The translations under genes were made by a program, and so were the position numbers. Under the pieces are notes generated by a model. The model made no database searches. It worked only from the letters and a program-made list of their open reading frames with translations, and was not told the origin of the DNA. Positions 8,496 through 18,140 of a stretch of 64,000 bases of DNA are shown here, one piece after another. The stretch lies in contig CAWBHB010000001.1 in NCBI GenBank assembly GCA_963788625.1, positions 1,031,939-1,095,938 on the forward strand, read 5' to 3'. This DNA is from an uncultured Gemmatimonadales bacterium. GTDB lineage: Bacteria > Gemmatimonadota > Gemmatimonadetes > Gemmatimonadales > GWC2-71-9. Within the stretch, counting starts at the first letter, position 1. The number at the start of each line of letters is the position of its first letter.

Positions 8496-10124
8496 ATGAG
8501 CGGTACTTTCAACATCTCCCGACCAGTCAACGAGCCGATATTGGGCTACGCCCCCGGTTCGGCGGAGCGCGCCCAACTGAAGGCCGTTCTGGCCAAGATG
8601 GCCGGGGAGACCATCGACATCCCGATCGTGATCGGGGGACAGGAAGTTCGCACTGGCCGCACCATCGATTGTGTGAGCCCGCACGCCCACAAGCGGGTGC
8701 TGGCCAAGGTGCATCAGGCCGGGGCGGCCGAGATCACCAGTGCCATTTGTGCCGCCCAGAAAGCGTGGCGGGAGTGGTCGAACTGGAGGTTCGAGGATCG
8801 GGCGGCGGTATTCCTCAAGGCGGCGGATCTGCTGGCGGGGCCGTGGCGCCCGATTGTGAACGCTGCCACGATGTTGGGTCAGAGCAAGACGGCCTATCAG
8901 GCGGAAATCGATTCCGCCTGTGAGCTGATTGATTTCTGGCGCTTCAACGTGCACTTCGCGCAACAGGTTTACGGGGAGCAACCGCATTCGGCGCCATTGA
9001 CCTGGAACCGGATGGATCATCGGCCGCTGGAAGGGTTCGTCTACGCCATTACGCCCTTCAACTTCACCGCGATCGGCGGCAACCTTCCCACCTCACCCGC
9101 CATCATGGGGAACGTGGTGCTCTGGAAGCCCGCCGCATCCGCGTCGCTCAGCAACTATTACCTGTTGAAGCTGCTGGAAGAGGCGGGACTGCCCCCGGGG
9201 GTCATCAACCTGGTTCCCGGCCCGGCGCGGGAAGTGAGCGACCTGCTCCTCGCGGATCGCGCTTTCGCGGGAATACACTTCACCGGTTCGACGGAGGTCT
9301 TTCAGTCGCTGTGGAAGACCATCGCCGGACACCTGCCGCAATACGCGGCCTATCCCAGAATCGTGGGTGAGACCGGCGGCAAAGACTTCGTCATTGCCCA
9401 TCCCAGCGCCGACGTGGATGCGCTCTGCGTCGCCCTCGTCCGCGGCGCCTACGAGTATCAGGGCCAGAAGTGCAGTGCCGCCTCTCGCGCCTACGTGCCT
9501 TCCAATCTCTGGCCCCAGGTGAAGGAACGCCTGCTCGCGCTCATCGCGGATATCCGAATGGGCGACGTAGCCGACTTCCGGAACTTCATGGGTGCCGTGA
9601 TCGACCAGAAGGCGTTCGACCGGATCCGGGAGTACATCGAGAAGGCCAGGAAGGATTCGGGCGTGAAGATCCTGGCGGGAGGCGGTTGCAACGGGGAGAC
9701 GGGGTACTTCATCGAGCCGACGCTGCTGCAGGCCGAGGATCCCAAGTACCGCACGATGTGCGAGGAAATCTTCGGCCCGGTCCTCAGTCTCCACGTGTAT
9801 CCGGAGAACCGCTGGACCGAGACCTTGACCCTGGTGGACACGACCAGCCCGTACAGCCTGACTGGTGCAGTCTTCGCGCAGGATCGACGCGCGCTGGTCG
9901 AGGCCGACCTCGCGTTGCGCCATGCGGCGGGGAACTACTACATCAACGACAAGCCGACGGGCGCCGTCGTCGGCCAGCAGCCCTTCGGTGGCGCCCGCGC
10001 CAGCGGGACCAACGACAAGGCGGGCTCGATTCTCAACCTGGTGCGCTGGGTTTCCCCCCGCAGCATCAAGGAGAACTTCAATCCGCCGAAGGACTACAGG
10101 TATCCCTTTATGGGGGCGGAGTAG
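8496..10124 (+). CDS. pruA: L-glutamate gamma-semialdehyde (1-pyrroline-5-carboxylate) dehydrogenase
   Basis: 542-aa aldehyde dehydrogenase with VGETGGKDF and YEYQGQKCSAASR. The length and N-terminus are typical of standalone PruA. Confidence 0.88.
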   Translation: MSGTFNISRPVNEPILGYAPGSAERAQLKAVLAKMAGETIDIPIVIGGQEVRTGRTIDCVSPHAHKRVLAKVHQAGAAEITSAICAAQKAWREWSNWRFEDRAAVFLKAADLLAGPWRPIVNAATMLGQSKTAYQAEIDSACELIDFWRFNVHFAQQVYGEQPHSAPLTWNRMDHRPLEGFVYAITPFNFTAIGGNLPTSPAIMGNVVLWKPAASASLSNYYLLKLLEEAGLPPGVINLVPGPAREVSDLLLADRAFAGIHFTGSTEVFQSLWKTIAGHLPQYAAYPRIVGETGGKDFVIAHPSADVDALCVALVRGAYEYQGQKCSAASRAYVPSNLWPQVKERLLALIADIRMGDVADFRNFMGAVIDQKAFDRIREYIEKARKDSGVKILAGGGCNGETGYFIEPTLLQAEDPKYRTMCEEIFGPVLSLHVYPENRWTETLTLVDTTSPYSLTGAVFAQDRRALVEADLALRHAAGNYYINDKPTGAVVGQQPFGGARASGTNDKAGSILNLVRWVSPRSIKENFNPPKDYRYPFMGAE

Positions 10125-10266
10125 AAGAAGAAAAGCGTGAGAAGTAAGTAGTGAGAAGGAACAGCGGGACGCAGGAGAATCAGCCCCGTCGTGCTTTTCC
10201 TTCTCACTTCTCACTTCTTACTTCTCACGCTGTTCTTCCTTCTCACTTCTTACTTCTCACGCTGTT
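10125..10266. repeat. Heptad-repeat hairpin E3: GTGAGAA/GTAAGTA arm and a duplicated TTCTCAC/TTCTTAC arm
   Basis: The left arm is 10125-10165. The right side carries two direct copies of the complementary module (about 10191-10233 and 10234-10266) that differ by exactly one ttctcac unit. It lies between the convergent pruA and cysK stops. Confidence 0.85.
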
Positions 10267-11242
10267 AGGCCACCGCCTCCTCCACGTCGGCGAAGTCCGG
10301 GTCGGCCAGCTCGGTGTAGACCGGATTGGACAGATATCGCTCGCCGAAGTCGCAGACGATGGAGACGATGAGCTTTCCGGCGTTCTCCCGGCGGGATGCG
10401 ACCTTGAGTGCCGCCCAGGTGATCGATCCGGATGAGATCCCGGCGAAGATCGCCTCATCTCTCGCCAGACGTCGCGCCGTGGCTATGGCGTCCTCGTTGG
10501 TCACTCTAATCACCTCGTTGTAGATCGTGGTGTCGAGGTTTCCCGGCACGAAGCCGGCGCCGATGCCCTGCTGTTTGTGGGGCGACGGGCTGCCTCCCGA
10601 CAAGACCGGGCTTTCGTTGGGTTCGACCGCCACGATGTGAATGTCAGGCTTCTTTTCCCGAAGAAATCTTCCCGCGCCTGTAATGGTGCCTCCGGTTCCC
10701 ACCCCGGCAACGAAGATGTCCACCTTCCCCTCGGTGTCGCTCCAGATCTCGGGCCCCGTGGTCCGGTAATGGATCGCGGGGTTGGCCGGATTGTCGAACT
10801 GGCGCGGCATCCAGGCCTTGTTGCCCAGGCGTCCTGCGATTTCCTCGGCGCGCGCCATGGCACCCTTCATCCCCTTGGCCCCTTCGGTCAGTACGATCTT
10901 GCACCCAAGGGCCCTCAGTATGTGCCGCCGTTCCAGTGTCATGGTATCCGGCATCGTGAAGATGCAGCGGTAGCCGAACGCGGTTGCCGCATAGGCCAGC
11001 CCGATCCCCGTGTTGCCGCTGGTGGGTTCCACGATGAGCATACCGGGCTTGAGGCGGCCGCTGGCGATCGCGTCGGTGATCATCGCATTGCCGATCCGGT
11101 CCTTCACCGAATCGAACGGGTTATAGCCCTCGTGTTTCACCGCGATGCGTGCGGGGAGTCCGGCGCTGATGCGGCTCAGCTCGATCAGCGGGGTGTTGCC
11201 GACAGTCTCGGTTACATCGCGGTAAATGCGTCCGTGGGGCAT
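10265..11242 (-). CDS. cysK: Cysteine synthase A (O-acetylserine sulfhydrylase)
   Basis: 325 aa with the PLP-lysine region NPFDSVKDRIG, plus EPTSGNTGIGLA and GVGTGGTITG. Confidence 0.9.
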   Translation of the reverse strand: MPHGRIYRDVTETVGNTPLIELSRISAGLPARIAVKHEGYNPFDSVKDRIGNAMITDAIASGRLKPGMLIVEPTSGNTGIGLAYAATAFGYRCIFTMPDTMTLERRHILRALGCKIVLTEGAKGMKGAMARAEEIAGRLGNKAWMPRQFDNPANPAIHYRTTGPEIWSDTEGKVDIFVAGVGTGGTITGAGRFLREKKPDIHIVAVEPNESPVLSGGSPSPHKQQGIGAGFVPGNLDTTIYNEVIRVTNEDAIATARRLARDEAIFAGISSGSITWAALKVASRRENAGKLIVSIVCDFGERYLSNPVYTELADPDFADVEEAVA

Positions 11243-11535
11243 AGGGTCACCTGTGCTGAGAAAGGGCCAAGGAGGCTCACACCGCCCCCGGGTCCGGGGT
11301 CCAAATCCGCCGTTGTAGTCCCTGGTCCTACAAGCTCATCCGCCAAGGTCCGACTCTCCCTTCAGCAGGGTCCCGATCGAGCCGGTCTGATCCGGGTCAT
11401 ACCTTATTTGCGCCTTACCAAGTAGCGGAGCGGAGTCGGGAGGCGAACCGCATCCATCGGATGGGAGTAGCTCCGGAACGGGCGGACATCCAGCGATGCC
11501 CGCTCGCTTTGGAGGACCTGGGACACGAGGGCAAG

Positions 11536-12186
11536 ATGATCGCCGCTAGCCACTACCGTAAGACCCGCCTGATCCTCGGGCTGATCACTCCGCTGATGCT
11601 GGGCACGGTCACCGGCCGGGCCGGGGCGCAGCTGCCGATCGCCTCGGGCAAGGTCGTGTCTGGTACCCTTTCCTTTGACGGCCGCGCCACTGTGGGCGAC
11701 TTCGTCGGAACCACCACGACTCTGAGTGGAGAGATGACCGGTGGTCCCGAGCTTTCTTCAGTCCGGGGATGGGTCGAGGCCCCGGTCTCGACCCTCCGGA
11801 CCGGCAAGGACAAGCGGGATCAGGACATGAGAAAGTCCATGGAGTCCGACAAGTATCCCACGATCCGTTATGAGCTGACCGGCGTGGCCACCGATGCCTG
11901 GACCGGAGACAACGCCGACGTCACGCTTCACGGCCGCTTCCTGATTCACGGTGTCGAGCGGGAAGTAGAGTTCCCCGGATTAGTGATCGTGGATCAGGGC
12001 GGCGTCCAGGTGCGGGCGACGGTGCCGCTCAACCTGAAAGACTATCGGATCGGCGGGCTCAGCAAGATGCTCGGCATGCTCAAGATGCATGAGGACATCG
12101 TCGTTCACGTCGATGTAACCTTCGCCTCGGAGGCACCGTCGGATCAGGACACGCCGCTGGCCGGGTCTGCGACAATGGGCTATTAG
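11536..12186 (+). CDS. YceI-family periplasmic protein
   Basis: The start is taken at ATG 11536 (GAGGG 5-9 nt upstream). A signal peptide is present, and the body (...RTGKDKRDQDMRKSMESDKYPTIRYEL...FLIHGVEREV) is YceI-like. Confidence 0.75.
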   Translation: MIAASHYRKTRLILGLITPLMLGTVTGRAGAQLPIASGKVVSGTLSFDGRATVGDFVGTTTTLSGEMTGGPELSSVRGWVEAPVSTLRTGKDKRDQDMRKSMESDKYPTIRYELTGVATDAWTGDNADVTLHGRFLIHGVEREVEFPGLVIVDQGGVQVRATVPLNLKDYRIGGLSKMLGMLKMHEDIVVHVDVTFASEAPSDQDTPLAGSATMGY

Positions 12187-12248
12187 TCGGCCCTTATCGT
12201 TGACCTGTGGGTGCAGCGTCCGTACCATGATTCGTCTTTCACGGAACG

Positions 12249-14210
12249 ATGGCGATGGTTCTCCTGATCGTACTCCTGACACTCGCCCTGGTCGCAACAG
12301 GGGTCACGCTGCTGCGCTACCGGGAGACCGCGGGCCAGCTGCGGGTCCAGCAGGCCTACCTCGAGCAACTCTTCGAAACCTTTCCCCACGCGCTCACGCT
12401 TCGGGATCTGAACGGCCGCCTGATCCGCGCCAACGCGGAATTCAGCCGGTTGTTCCGCTATTCGGTCCAGGAAGCCGTCGGGGTGGACATTGACCGTCTG
12501 ATCGGCGCCTCGGGGGCCGAACCCAACACCGGCGTCGAGCGGCTCCTCAGCTCGGAGAGCCGGATGTGGCGCCAGATGCGCCGCCGCCGGCGCGACGGAT
12601 CGCTGGTCGACGTGTCCCATACCGGCTCCCCGCTCACCGTAGACGGGAAGGCCGTGGCGTTCTACGAGGTGTACCACGACCTCACTCAACAGCTGCGTGC
12701 GGAAGCGACCATCACCGAACAGCAGAAGCTGCTCGAGGCCTTCTTCACCCAGTCGCTTGACGGATTCTTTTTCATGATGCTGGACCGGCCGATCCGGTGG
12801 AACGATCAGGCCGACAAGGAGAAACTTCTCGACTACATCTTCACCCATCAGCGGATCACCAGGGTCAACGCGGCGATGGCGGCGGAGTACGGGTGGCCTC
12901 AGAGCCGGATCCTGGGACTCACGCCCGCCGATTTCTATTCCCACGACTTGGCCCACGGTCGTTCGGCGTGGCGCGCGCTGTTCGACGCCGGCCGGCTGCA
13001 CACGGTCACCCACGAGCGCCGGGCGGATGGCACGCCCATGCTGATCGAGGGTGACTACGTCTGCCTCCATGATGCCGATGGGCGGATCACCGGACACTTC
13101 GGGATTCAGCGGAACATCAGCGAGCGGGCCCGACAGGAACAGGCGCTCCGCGAGTCGGAGGAGAAGTTTGCCAAGGCGTTCCGTTCGTCGCCCTTCCCGA
13201 TGAGCATCGCCACTCTCGAGGAGGGTCGCTACATCGAGGTGAATGAGGCCTTCCTTCGGGACGTGGGCCTGCCTCGGGAGGACGTGATCGGGCGGCGGCC
13301 TCATGACCTGGGACTCTGGCGTGATCCGGGGGCACGGGATGAGCTGGTCCAGCGGCTTCAGCGGGACGGGATGGTGCGCCGGTACGAATTCGAGGCGCGG
13401 ACTCGGCTCCGGGAACGGCAGATCAACCAGGTCTGGGCCGAGAAGATCAACCTCGGCGGGCAAGACTGCCTGCTGGACATTGTATGGGACGTGACCGACT
13501 GGAAGGCCAACGAGGAGGCGATGCGCCGCTCCCGCCAGGAGCTGCGAGACCTGGCCGCCCGGTTGCAGACCGTGCGTGAAGAGGAACGCACCCGGATCGC
13601 CCGGGAGCTGCACGACGAGCTGGGCCAGGCGCTGACCGGGCTCAAGATGGATCTCTCGTGGGTACGCAGCCGCTTGCCACGCCCCCAGGGCGATCTGTCT
13701 GACCGGTTGGCGAACGCCATCACCCGGCTGGATGGCACGGTCGATTCGGTCCGTCGAATCGCGACCGAATTGCGCCCCGGGGTGCTGGACCTCCTCGGTC
13801 TGGTCGCCGCGATCGAGTGGCAGTCGCAGGAATTCTTCCGCCGGACCGGTATCGAAACCGACCTCGATCTCCAGTCCGACGATAGTCCGGTGGATGACGC
13901 ACGCGCGACGACGGTGTTCCGGATTCTGCAGGAGGCGCTCACCAACGTGGCGCGCCACGCCCAGGCCTCCCGGGTTCGGATTGGGGTCCTGCAGACCCGG
14001 GACGAGTTGCGGCTCGAGGTGGCGGACAACGGACGCGGGATTACTCCCGTAGAGCTGGCTGAGAGGACCTCCCTCGGCCTGATCGGAATCCGGGAACGGG
14101 CGATTGCCTGCGGCGGCGTCCTCGAGATCGAAGGACGGCCAGGGGAGGGAACCAGAGTCGAGGTGAGGATTCCCTCCCGAGTACTCGAAAAGCAGGAGGC
14201 GGTTGCGTGA
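12249..14210 (+). CDS. PAS-domain sensor histidine kinase (HisKA_3/NarL-type)
   Basis: 653 aa with one N-terminal TM, repeated PAS-like segments, the H-box ERTRIARELHDELGQ and an HATPase region (DNGRGI...GLIGIRERA). Confidence 0.85.
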   Translation: MAMVLLIVLLTLALVATGVTLLRYRETAGQLRVQQAYLEQLFETFPHALTLRDLNGRLIRANAEFSRLFRYSVQEAVGVDIDRLIGASGAEPNTGVERLLSSESRMWRQMRRRRRDGSLVDVSHTGSPLTVDGKAVAFYEVYHDLTQQLRAEATITEQQKLLEAFFTQSLDGFFFMMLDRPIRWNDQADKEKLLDYIFTHQRITRVNAAMAAEYGWPQSRILGLTPADFYSHDLAHGRSAWRALFDAGRLHTVTHERRADGTPMLIEGDYVCLHDADGRITGHFGIQRNISERARQEQALRESEEKFAKAFRSSPFPMSIATLEEGRYIEVNEAFLRDVGLPREDVIGRRPHDLGLWRDPGARDELVQRLQRDGMVRRYEFEARTRLRERQINQVWAEKINLGGQDCLLDIVWDVTDWKANEEAMRRSRQELRDLAARLQTVREEERTRIARELHDELGQALTGLKMDLSWVRSRLPRPQGDLSDRLANAITRLDGTVDSVRRIATELRPGVLDLLGLVAAIEWQSQEFFRRTGIETDLDLQSDDSPVDDARATTVFRILQEALTNVARHAQASRVRIGVLQTRDELRLEVADNGRGITPVELAERTSLGLIGIRERAIACGGVLEIEGRPGEGTRVEVRIPSRVLEKQEAVA

Positions 14211-14839
14211 TCCGACTGCTCATTGCCGATGATCACCCCATCGTGCGCGCGGGCCTTCGCCGTATTGCCGCGGACCATCCTGGAATCACCGTGGTGGGAG
14301 AGGCGGCGTCAGCCGCCGAGGTGCTGGAGCGGGTGATAGAAACACCCAGCGATGTGGTCTTGCTCGATGTTTCCATGCCGGGACCCAGCTTCATCGAGGT
14401 TCTGCAGCAGGTGCGGAAGGAGCATCCTTCGGTCAAGGTCCTGGTGCTGAGCGTGCATCCCGAGGACCAATGGGCGGTCCGTGCGCTTCGCGCCGGAGCG
14501 GCCGGATACCTCACCAAGGACCACTCGCCGGAGCAGCTGATCGAGGCCATCCGCAAGGTCTACCGGGGAGGGAAGTACGTGAGCGCGGCACTCGCCGAGC
14601 GGCTCGCAACCGGGCTTGAGGCCGGTACCAGCACGGTGTTGCACGAGAGGCTTTCGGATCGGGAGTACGAGGTGCTTCGTGGGCTGGGCACCGGCCTGAG
14701 CGTGAAGGTCCTGGCGGAGCGGTTGGGTTTGAGCGCCAAGACTGTGAGTACCTACCGGACCCGCATCCTGGAAAAGATGCAGATGGTTACCAACGCGGAC
14801 CTGATTCGTTATGTGAACGACAACGGGTTGCGAAACTGA
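14207..14839 (+). CDS. LuxR/NarL-family response regulator
   Basis: 210 aa with receiver LLIADDHPIVR...LLDVSMPG and a C-terminal LuxR HTH (LSDREYEVLRGLGTGLSVKVLAERLGLSAKTVSTYR). It overlaps the kinase gene by 4 nt. Confidence 0.9.
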   Translation: MIRLLIADDHPIVRAGLRRIAADHPGITVVGEAASAAEVLERVIETPSDVVLLDVSMPGPSFIEVLQQVRKEHPSVKVLVLSVHPEDQWAVRALRAGAAGYLTKDHSPEQLIEAIRKVYRGGKYVSAALAERLATGLEAGTSTVLHERLSDREYEVLRGLGTGLSVKVLAERLGLSAKTVSTYRTRILEKMQMVTNADLIRYVNDNGLRN

Positions 14840-14865
14840 GATGGCCGGGGAATCCCGGCCATCTC
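14838..14865. terminator. Bidirectional hairpin terminator (12-bp stem, GAAT loop)
   Basis: gagatggccggg gaat cccggccatctc. It starts inside the TGA of the response regulator gene and ends 8 nt before the stop of the convergent amidohydrolase gene. Confidence 0.7.
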
Positions 14866-14872
14866 GGCATCT

Positions 14873-16180
14873 TTACTTCCCGCCTTTGTAGATCACTCCT
14901 CCCTTCATCACAAACTGGACCCGCTGCAACTCGGTGATATCGGCCAGCGGATCCTTCTCCACGGCGATCAAGTCGGCGTAGCGGCCGGTGGCAATCGCGC
15001 CGAGGTTGGCGCTCTGGTCCAGCAGCCTGGCAGCAACCGAGGTGGTCGACTTGATAGCCTGCATCGTGGTCATCCCGTAGCGCACCATGTAATCCAGCTC
15101 CTGGGCCTGGTTCTGATCCCAGGCATATCCGCCGGCATCGGTGCCGTAGGAGATGTACGGCAGCAGTCCGCGGCGGAGGGCCATTCCGAAGGCCGCCTTC
15201 TCCAGGTCCACCATCTTGGGCCAGATCCCGCCCCGGCCCTCCGCGACGTACACACCGACGAAGATCGTCGGACACCAATAGACCTTCTGTTTGATCATCC
15301 GGTCCACGAGCTCGGGGGTCAGCCCGTCCCCATGCTCGATACTGTTGACCCCGGCCCGCAGCGCGGCGTCGATCCCGTCCCAGCCGATGGCGTGTGCGGC
15401 GACCTTGCGGCCCAGCCGATGTGACTCGTCCACCAGGGCGCGCATCTCCTCGTCGGTAAAGTTGACCCAGCTGTGCAGTTTCCCGTCTTCGCCCAGGTAG
15501 TACCGCCGGTCGGCGTAGAACTTGATCCAGTCGGCGCCGTACTTGACCTGTTCCCGTACCGCTTTGCGAACGTTGTCGGGACCGTCCACGATCTGCACGC
15601 CTTCGGGTACGCGCAGTTCCCAGGAGTATCCGCTGAGCGGGTACATGCCGGTTGGAGCCATCGCCCGGGTCACGACGAACATGCGGGGCCCCGGAATTAT
15701 CCCTCGGTTGATCGCGGTCTTCACGTCCACGTCGGCATACATCGCGCCCTCGGTTTCGACGTCACGCATGGTGGTGAATCCGTTCATGAGCGCGGTACGA
15801 GCCGCTGCCGTCGCGCGGATGGTGCGATAAGGAATCGACTCCTTCAGCAGCTGATCGTCATAATCCTGCGCCGTGATATCTCCCTGCAGCAGGATGTGAG
15901 TGTGATTGTCGATCATTCCCGGAAGCACCGTCATCGCTGTCAGGTCAACCACGGCTGCGCCGGCTGCGGCGGCGGACACCTCGCTCCAGGACCCTACCTT
16001 CGAAATCCGCTCCCCCTCGATCAGAATACCCTGATCCGCCCGGGGCTGGTCTGACTCACCGTCGATCAACTTGCCGGCGTGAATGAGCGTCCGGGTTTGC
16101 GCGGTTCCCAGCCGCCCGAGGAAGGAAAGCAAAGCCAGCGCAAGAACCAGAATCCGACAGAGGCGGGGAGCCGGTGTCAT
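14873..16180 (-). CDS. Secreted amidohydrolase-family metallohydrolase
   Basis: 435 aa with a signal peptide, the HxH motif MIDNHTHILL, and AHAIG / IEHGD motifs of the amidohydrolase superfamily. Confidence 0.85.
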   Translation of the reverse strand: MTPAPRLCRILVLALALLSFLGRLGTAQTRTLIHAGKLIDGESDQPRADQGILIEGERISKVGSWSEVSAAAAGAAVVDLTAMTVLPGMIDNHTHILLQGDITAQDYDDQLLKESIPYRTIRATAAARTALMNGFTTMRDVETEGAMYADVDVKTAINRGIIPGPRMFVVTRAMAPTGMYPLSGYSWELRVPEGVQIVDGPDNVRKAVREQVKYGADWIKFYADRRYYLGEDGKLHSWVNFTDEEMRALVDESHRLGRKVAAHAIGWDGIDAALRAGVNSIEHGDGLTPELVDRMIKQKVYWCPTIFVGVYVAEGRGGIWPKMVDLEKAAFGMALRRGLLPYISYGTDAGGYAWDQNQAQELDYMVRYGMTTMQAIKSTTSVAARLLDQSANLGAIATGRYADLIAVEKDPLADITELQRVQFVMKGGVIYKGGK

Positions 16181-16189
16181 ATTGTCCTC

Positions 16190-16975
16190 ATGAAAGTGAG
16201 TTCCGGACTGTTGTCCATCGTGGCCGTGCTGGCCATTGGTGCCTCGGCGTCGGCTCAGGCAGCGCCGATCCGTTATCGGACGGCCGATCTTGCCTGCGCG
16301 CGATTTCGCCAGACAGTGGAGACAAATCTACGAATCGAGAGCGGTAACCGCGTCCTGCGTCAGAACAGCGGGCGAAGCGGGCTGTTGGTCGTGACCGCCC
16401 GGGATACGACAGGGGGCATACTGCTCGAGAGCTGGTTCGATTCCCTGATGGTGTGGCGAGCCGAGCCGACTGGCAAGCGTTCGGTCGATACCGACGGAGT
16501 CATCGGTGGTCGATTCCTCGGCTTGCTCCAACCTGGAGGGCGGTATTCCCGGATTGATGTCCCCTTCGTGCCCGGCGAGGTCGCCGAGATAACCGATCTC
16601 ACCGCTGTGCTGGACGACCTGTTCCCACCGGTGCCGGGCACGCCGCTGGACGTGGGCCAACGCTGGCAGGATTCGACTGGATGGGTCATCGCGCGCCAGT
16701 CCGCCAAGGGCACTCTGCAGCGCTATGGAATCATTGGCACCCGTCACCTGCAATCGAGGCTGGGGACCGACTCGCTGGCCGACACGGCTCAACAAGTCGA
16801 GCGAGAGACAGGGCAGATGCTTTGGGATCCGACGACCGGCTTGGTGCGCTGGGATCGCGCCATTGAGGCCGAGGCTTCAATTCCGGCGAGCGGTGAGCTC
16901 CCACGTGGTGCTCAGACGCGGTTGGAGCAGACCATCCGTTTCGAGCGAGTGAGTGGTGGGAGATGCCAGCCATGA
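16190..16975 (+). CDS. Hypothetical secreted protein
   Basis: The start is taken at ATG 16190 (MKVSSGLLSIVAVLAIGASASAQ signal peptide). The upstream part of track ORF 16079.. overlaps the divergent gene. The stop TGA 16973-16975 lies in repeat E4. Confidence 0.5.
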   Translation: MKVSSGLLSIVAVLAIGASASAQAAPIRYRTADLACARFRQTVETNLRIESGNRVLRQNSGRSGLLVVTARDTTGGILLESWFDSLMVWRAEPTGKRSVDTDGVIGGRFLGLLQPGGRYSRIDVPFVPGEVAEITDLTAVLDDLFPPVPGTPLDVGQRWQDSTGWVIARQSAKGTLQRYGIIGTRHLQSRLGTDSLADTAQQVERETGQMLWDPTTGLVRWDRAIEAEASIPASGELPRGAQTRLEQTIRFERVSGGRCQP

Positions 16976-17034
16976 GCCATAAGTCGTAAGCCAATAAGCC
17001 CCAAAAGTTTGGCTTACGGCTTATGGCTTACGGC
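16965..17034. repeat. Heptad-repeat hairpin E4: GCCATGA GCCATAA GTCGTAA GCCAATAA / TGGCTTA CGGCTTA TGGCTTA CGGC
   Basis: Read directly. The centre is ccaaaagtttgg. The stop codons of both convergent genes (16973-16975 and pqqE 17028-17030) lie inside the arms. Confidence 0.85.
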
Positions 17035-18140
17035 ACTCCAGGCCCGACAGGCTCTTTTTCCACCCACCGATACACGTACTCCGGCCGGCCGGCCTCCAGC
17101 TCCAACGCCTCGTCAATGATGGAACGCAGGGGCGTGAGGGTGCAGACCGGGTCGGGATTGGTCGCCTCGCCCGTGAGGGCGAAAGCCTGACAGCGACAGC
17201 CGCCGAAATCCACGTTCTTCCGGGGACAGGTGCGACAAGGCTCCTTCATCCAACTGTCGCCGCGGAAGGCATTGAAGATTGGAGAGTGTTGCCAGATCCA
17301 GTCGAGAGACCGCTCCCGGACATTGACGAACGAGAGCGAGGGAATCTGAGTTGCGCCGTGACAGGGCAGAGCCCGTCCGTCGGGCGTCACCAGGATGTAC
17401 ACATTGCCCCACCCGCCGTAGCAGGCCTTCGGGTAGGTCTCGTAATAGTCGGGCAGCACGTAGAGGATCTGCATCTTCCCCCGATACTTCTTGATGGCTG
17501 CCTCGGCCACTGCCTTCGAGGCCTCGACCTGCTCCCTGGTGGGAAGTAGCGCGGCCCGGTTCTTCAGAGCCCAGCCATAGTACTGGGTATTGGCCAGCTC
17601 CAGGCGGTCCGCTCCCATGGACGCCGCCATCTCGATGATGTCGCCCAGGTGGTTGAGGTTCTGCCGGTGCAGCACCACGTTGACCGAGAAGGCCAGATCG
17701 AGCTCGCGCACCAGCACTGCCGCCGCCCGCTTCTGCTTCACCGACCGAATGCCGGCGATCTGTTCGGCGGATTCGGTGTCCGAATCCTGAAACGAGATCT
17801 GCACGTGATCGATCCCGGCCTCCTTGAGACTCTGGGCGCGAGCCCGGGTAAGCCCAAGTCCCGAGGTGACCAGGGTCGAATACAGGCCTTCACTGCGGGC
17901 GTGCGCCACCAACTCTTCCAGGTCCTTCCGCACCAGCGGCTCACCGCCCGACAAGCCTAGCTGGAGCACGCCGAGGTTTCGCGCCTCGGTGAAGACCCGT
18001 TTCCAGTCCGCAGTCGAGAGCTCCGCCTCGGCCCGGGTCATTTCCAGCGGATTGGAGCAGTACGGGCAGTGCAAAGGACACCGGTAGGTGATTTCCGCCA
18101 GCAGCGTCGTTGGTTGATTCAGAACGCGGGGTCCGGTCAT
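17028..18140 (-). CDS. pqqE: PQQ biosynthesis radical-SAM protein PqqE
   Basis: 370 aa with LLAEITYRCPLHCPYCSNP (CxxxCxxC) and a SPASM-type C-terminal Cys cluster. ATGA overlap with pqqD. Confidence 0.95.
   Translation of the reverse strand: MTGPRVLNQPTTLLAEITYRCPLHCPYCSNPLEMTRAEAELSTADWKRVFTEARNLGVLQLGLSGGEPLVRKDLEELVAHARSEGLYSTLVTSGLGLTRARAQSLKEAGIDHVQISFQDSDTESAEQIAGIRSVKQKRAAAVLVRELDLAFSVNVVLHRQNLNHLGDIIEMAASMGADRLELANTQYYGWALKNRAALLPTREQVEASKAVAEAAIKKYRGKMQILYVLPDYYETYPKACYGGWGNVYILVTPDGRALPCHGATQIPSLSFVNVRERSLDWIWQHSPIFNAFRGDSWMKEPCRTCPRKNVDFGGCRCQAFALTGEATNPDPVCTLTPLRSIIDEALELEAGRPEYVYRWVEKEPVGPGVP

Noticed and set aside
12183-13958. Long antisense ORFs: this one (591 aa), plus 846..1832, 9093..10214, 29793..31265, 31612..33183, 38983..39933, 56219..58075, 58076..59224 and 61640..62734.
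   Set aside because: They are Arg/Gly/Pro-rich, low-complexity shadow ORFs lying opposite well-supported genes, as is typical of GC-rich DNA. They show no family resemblance.
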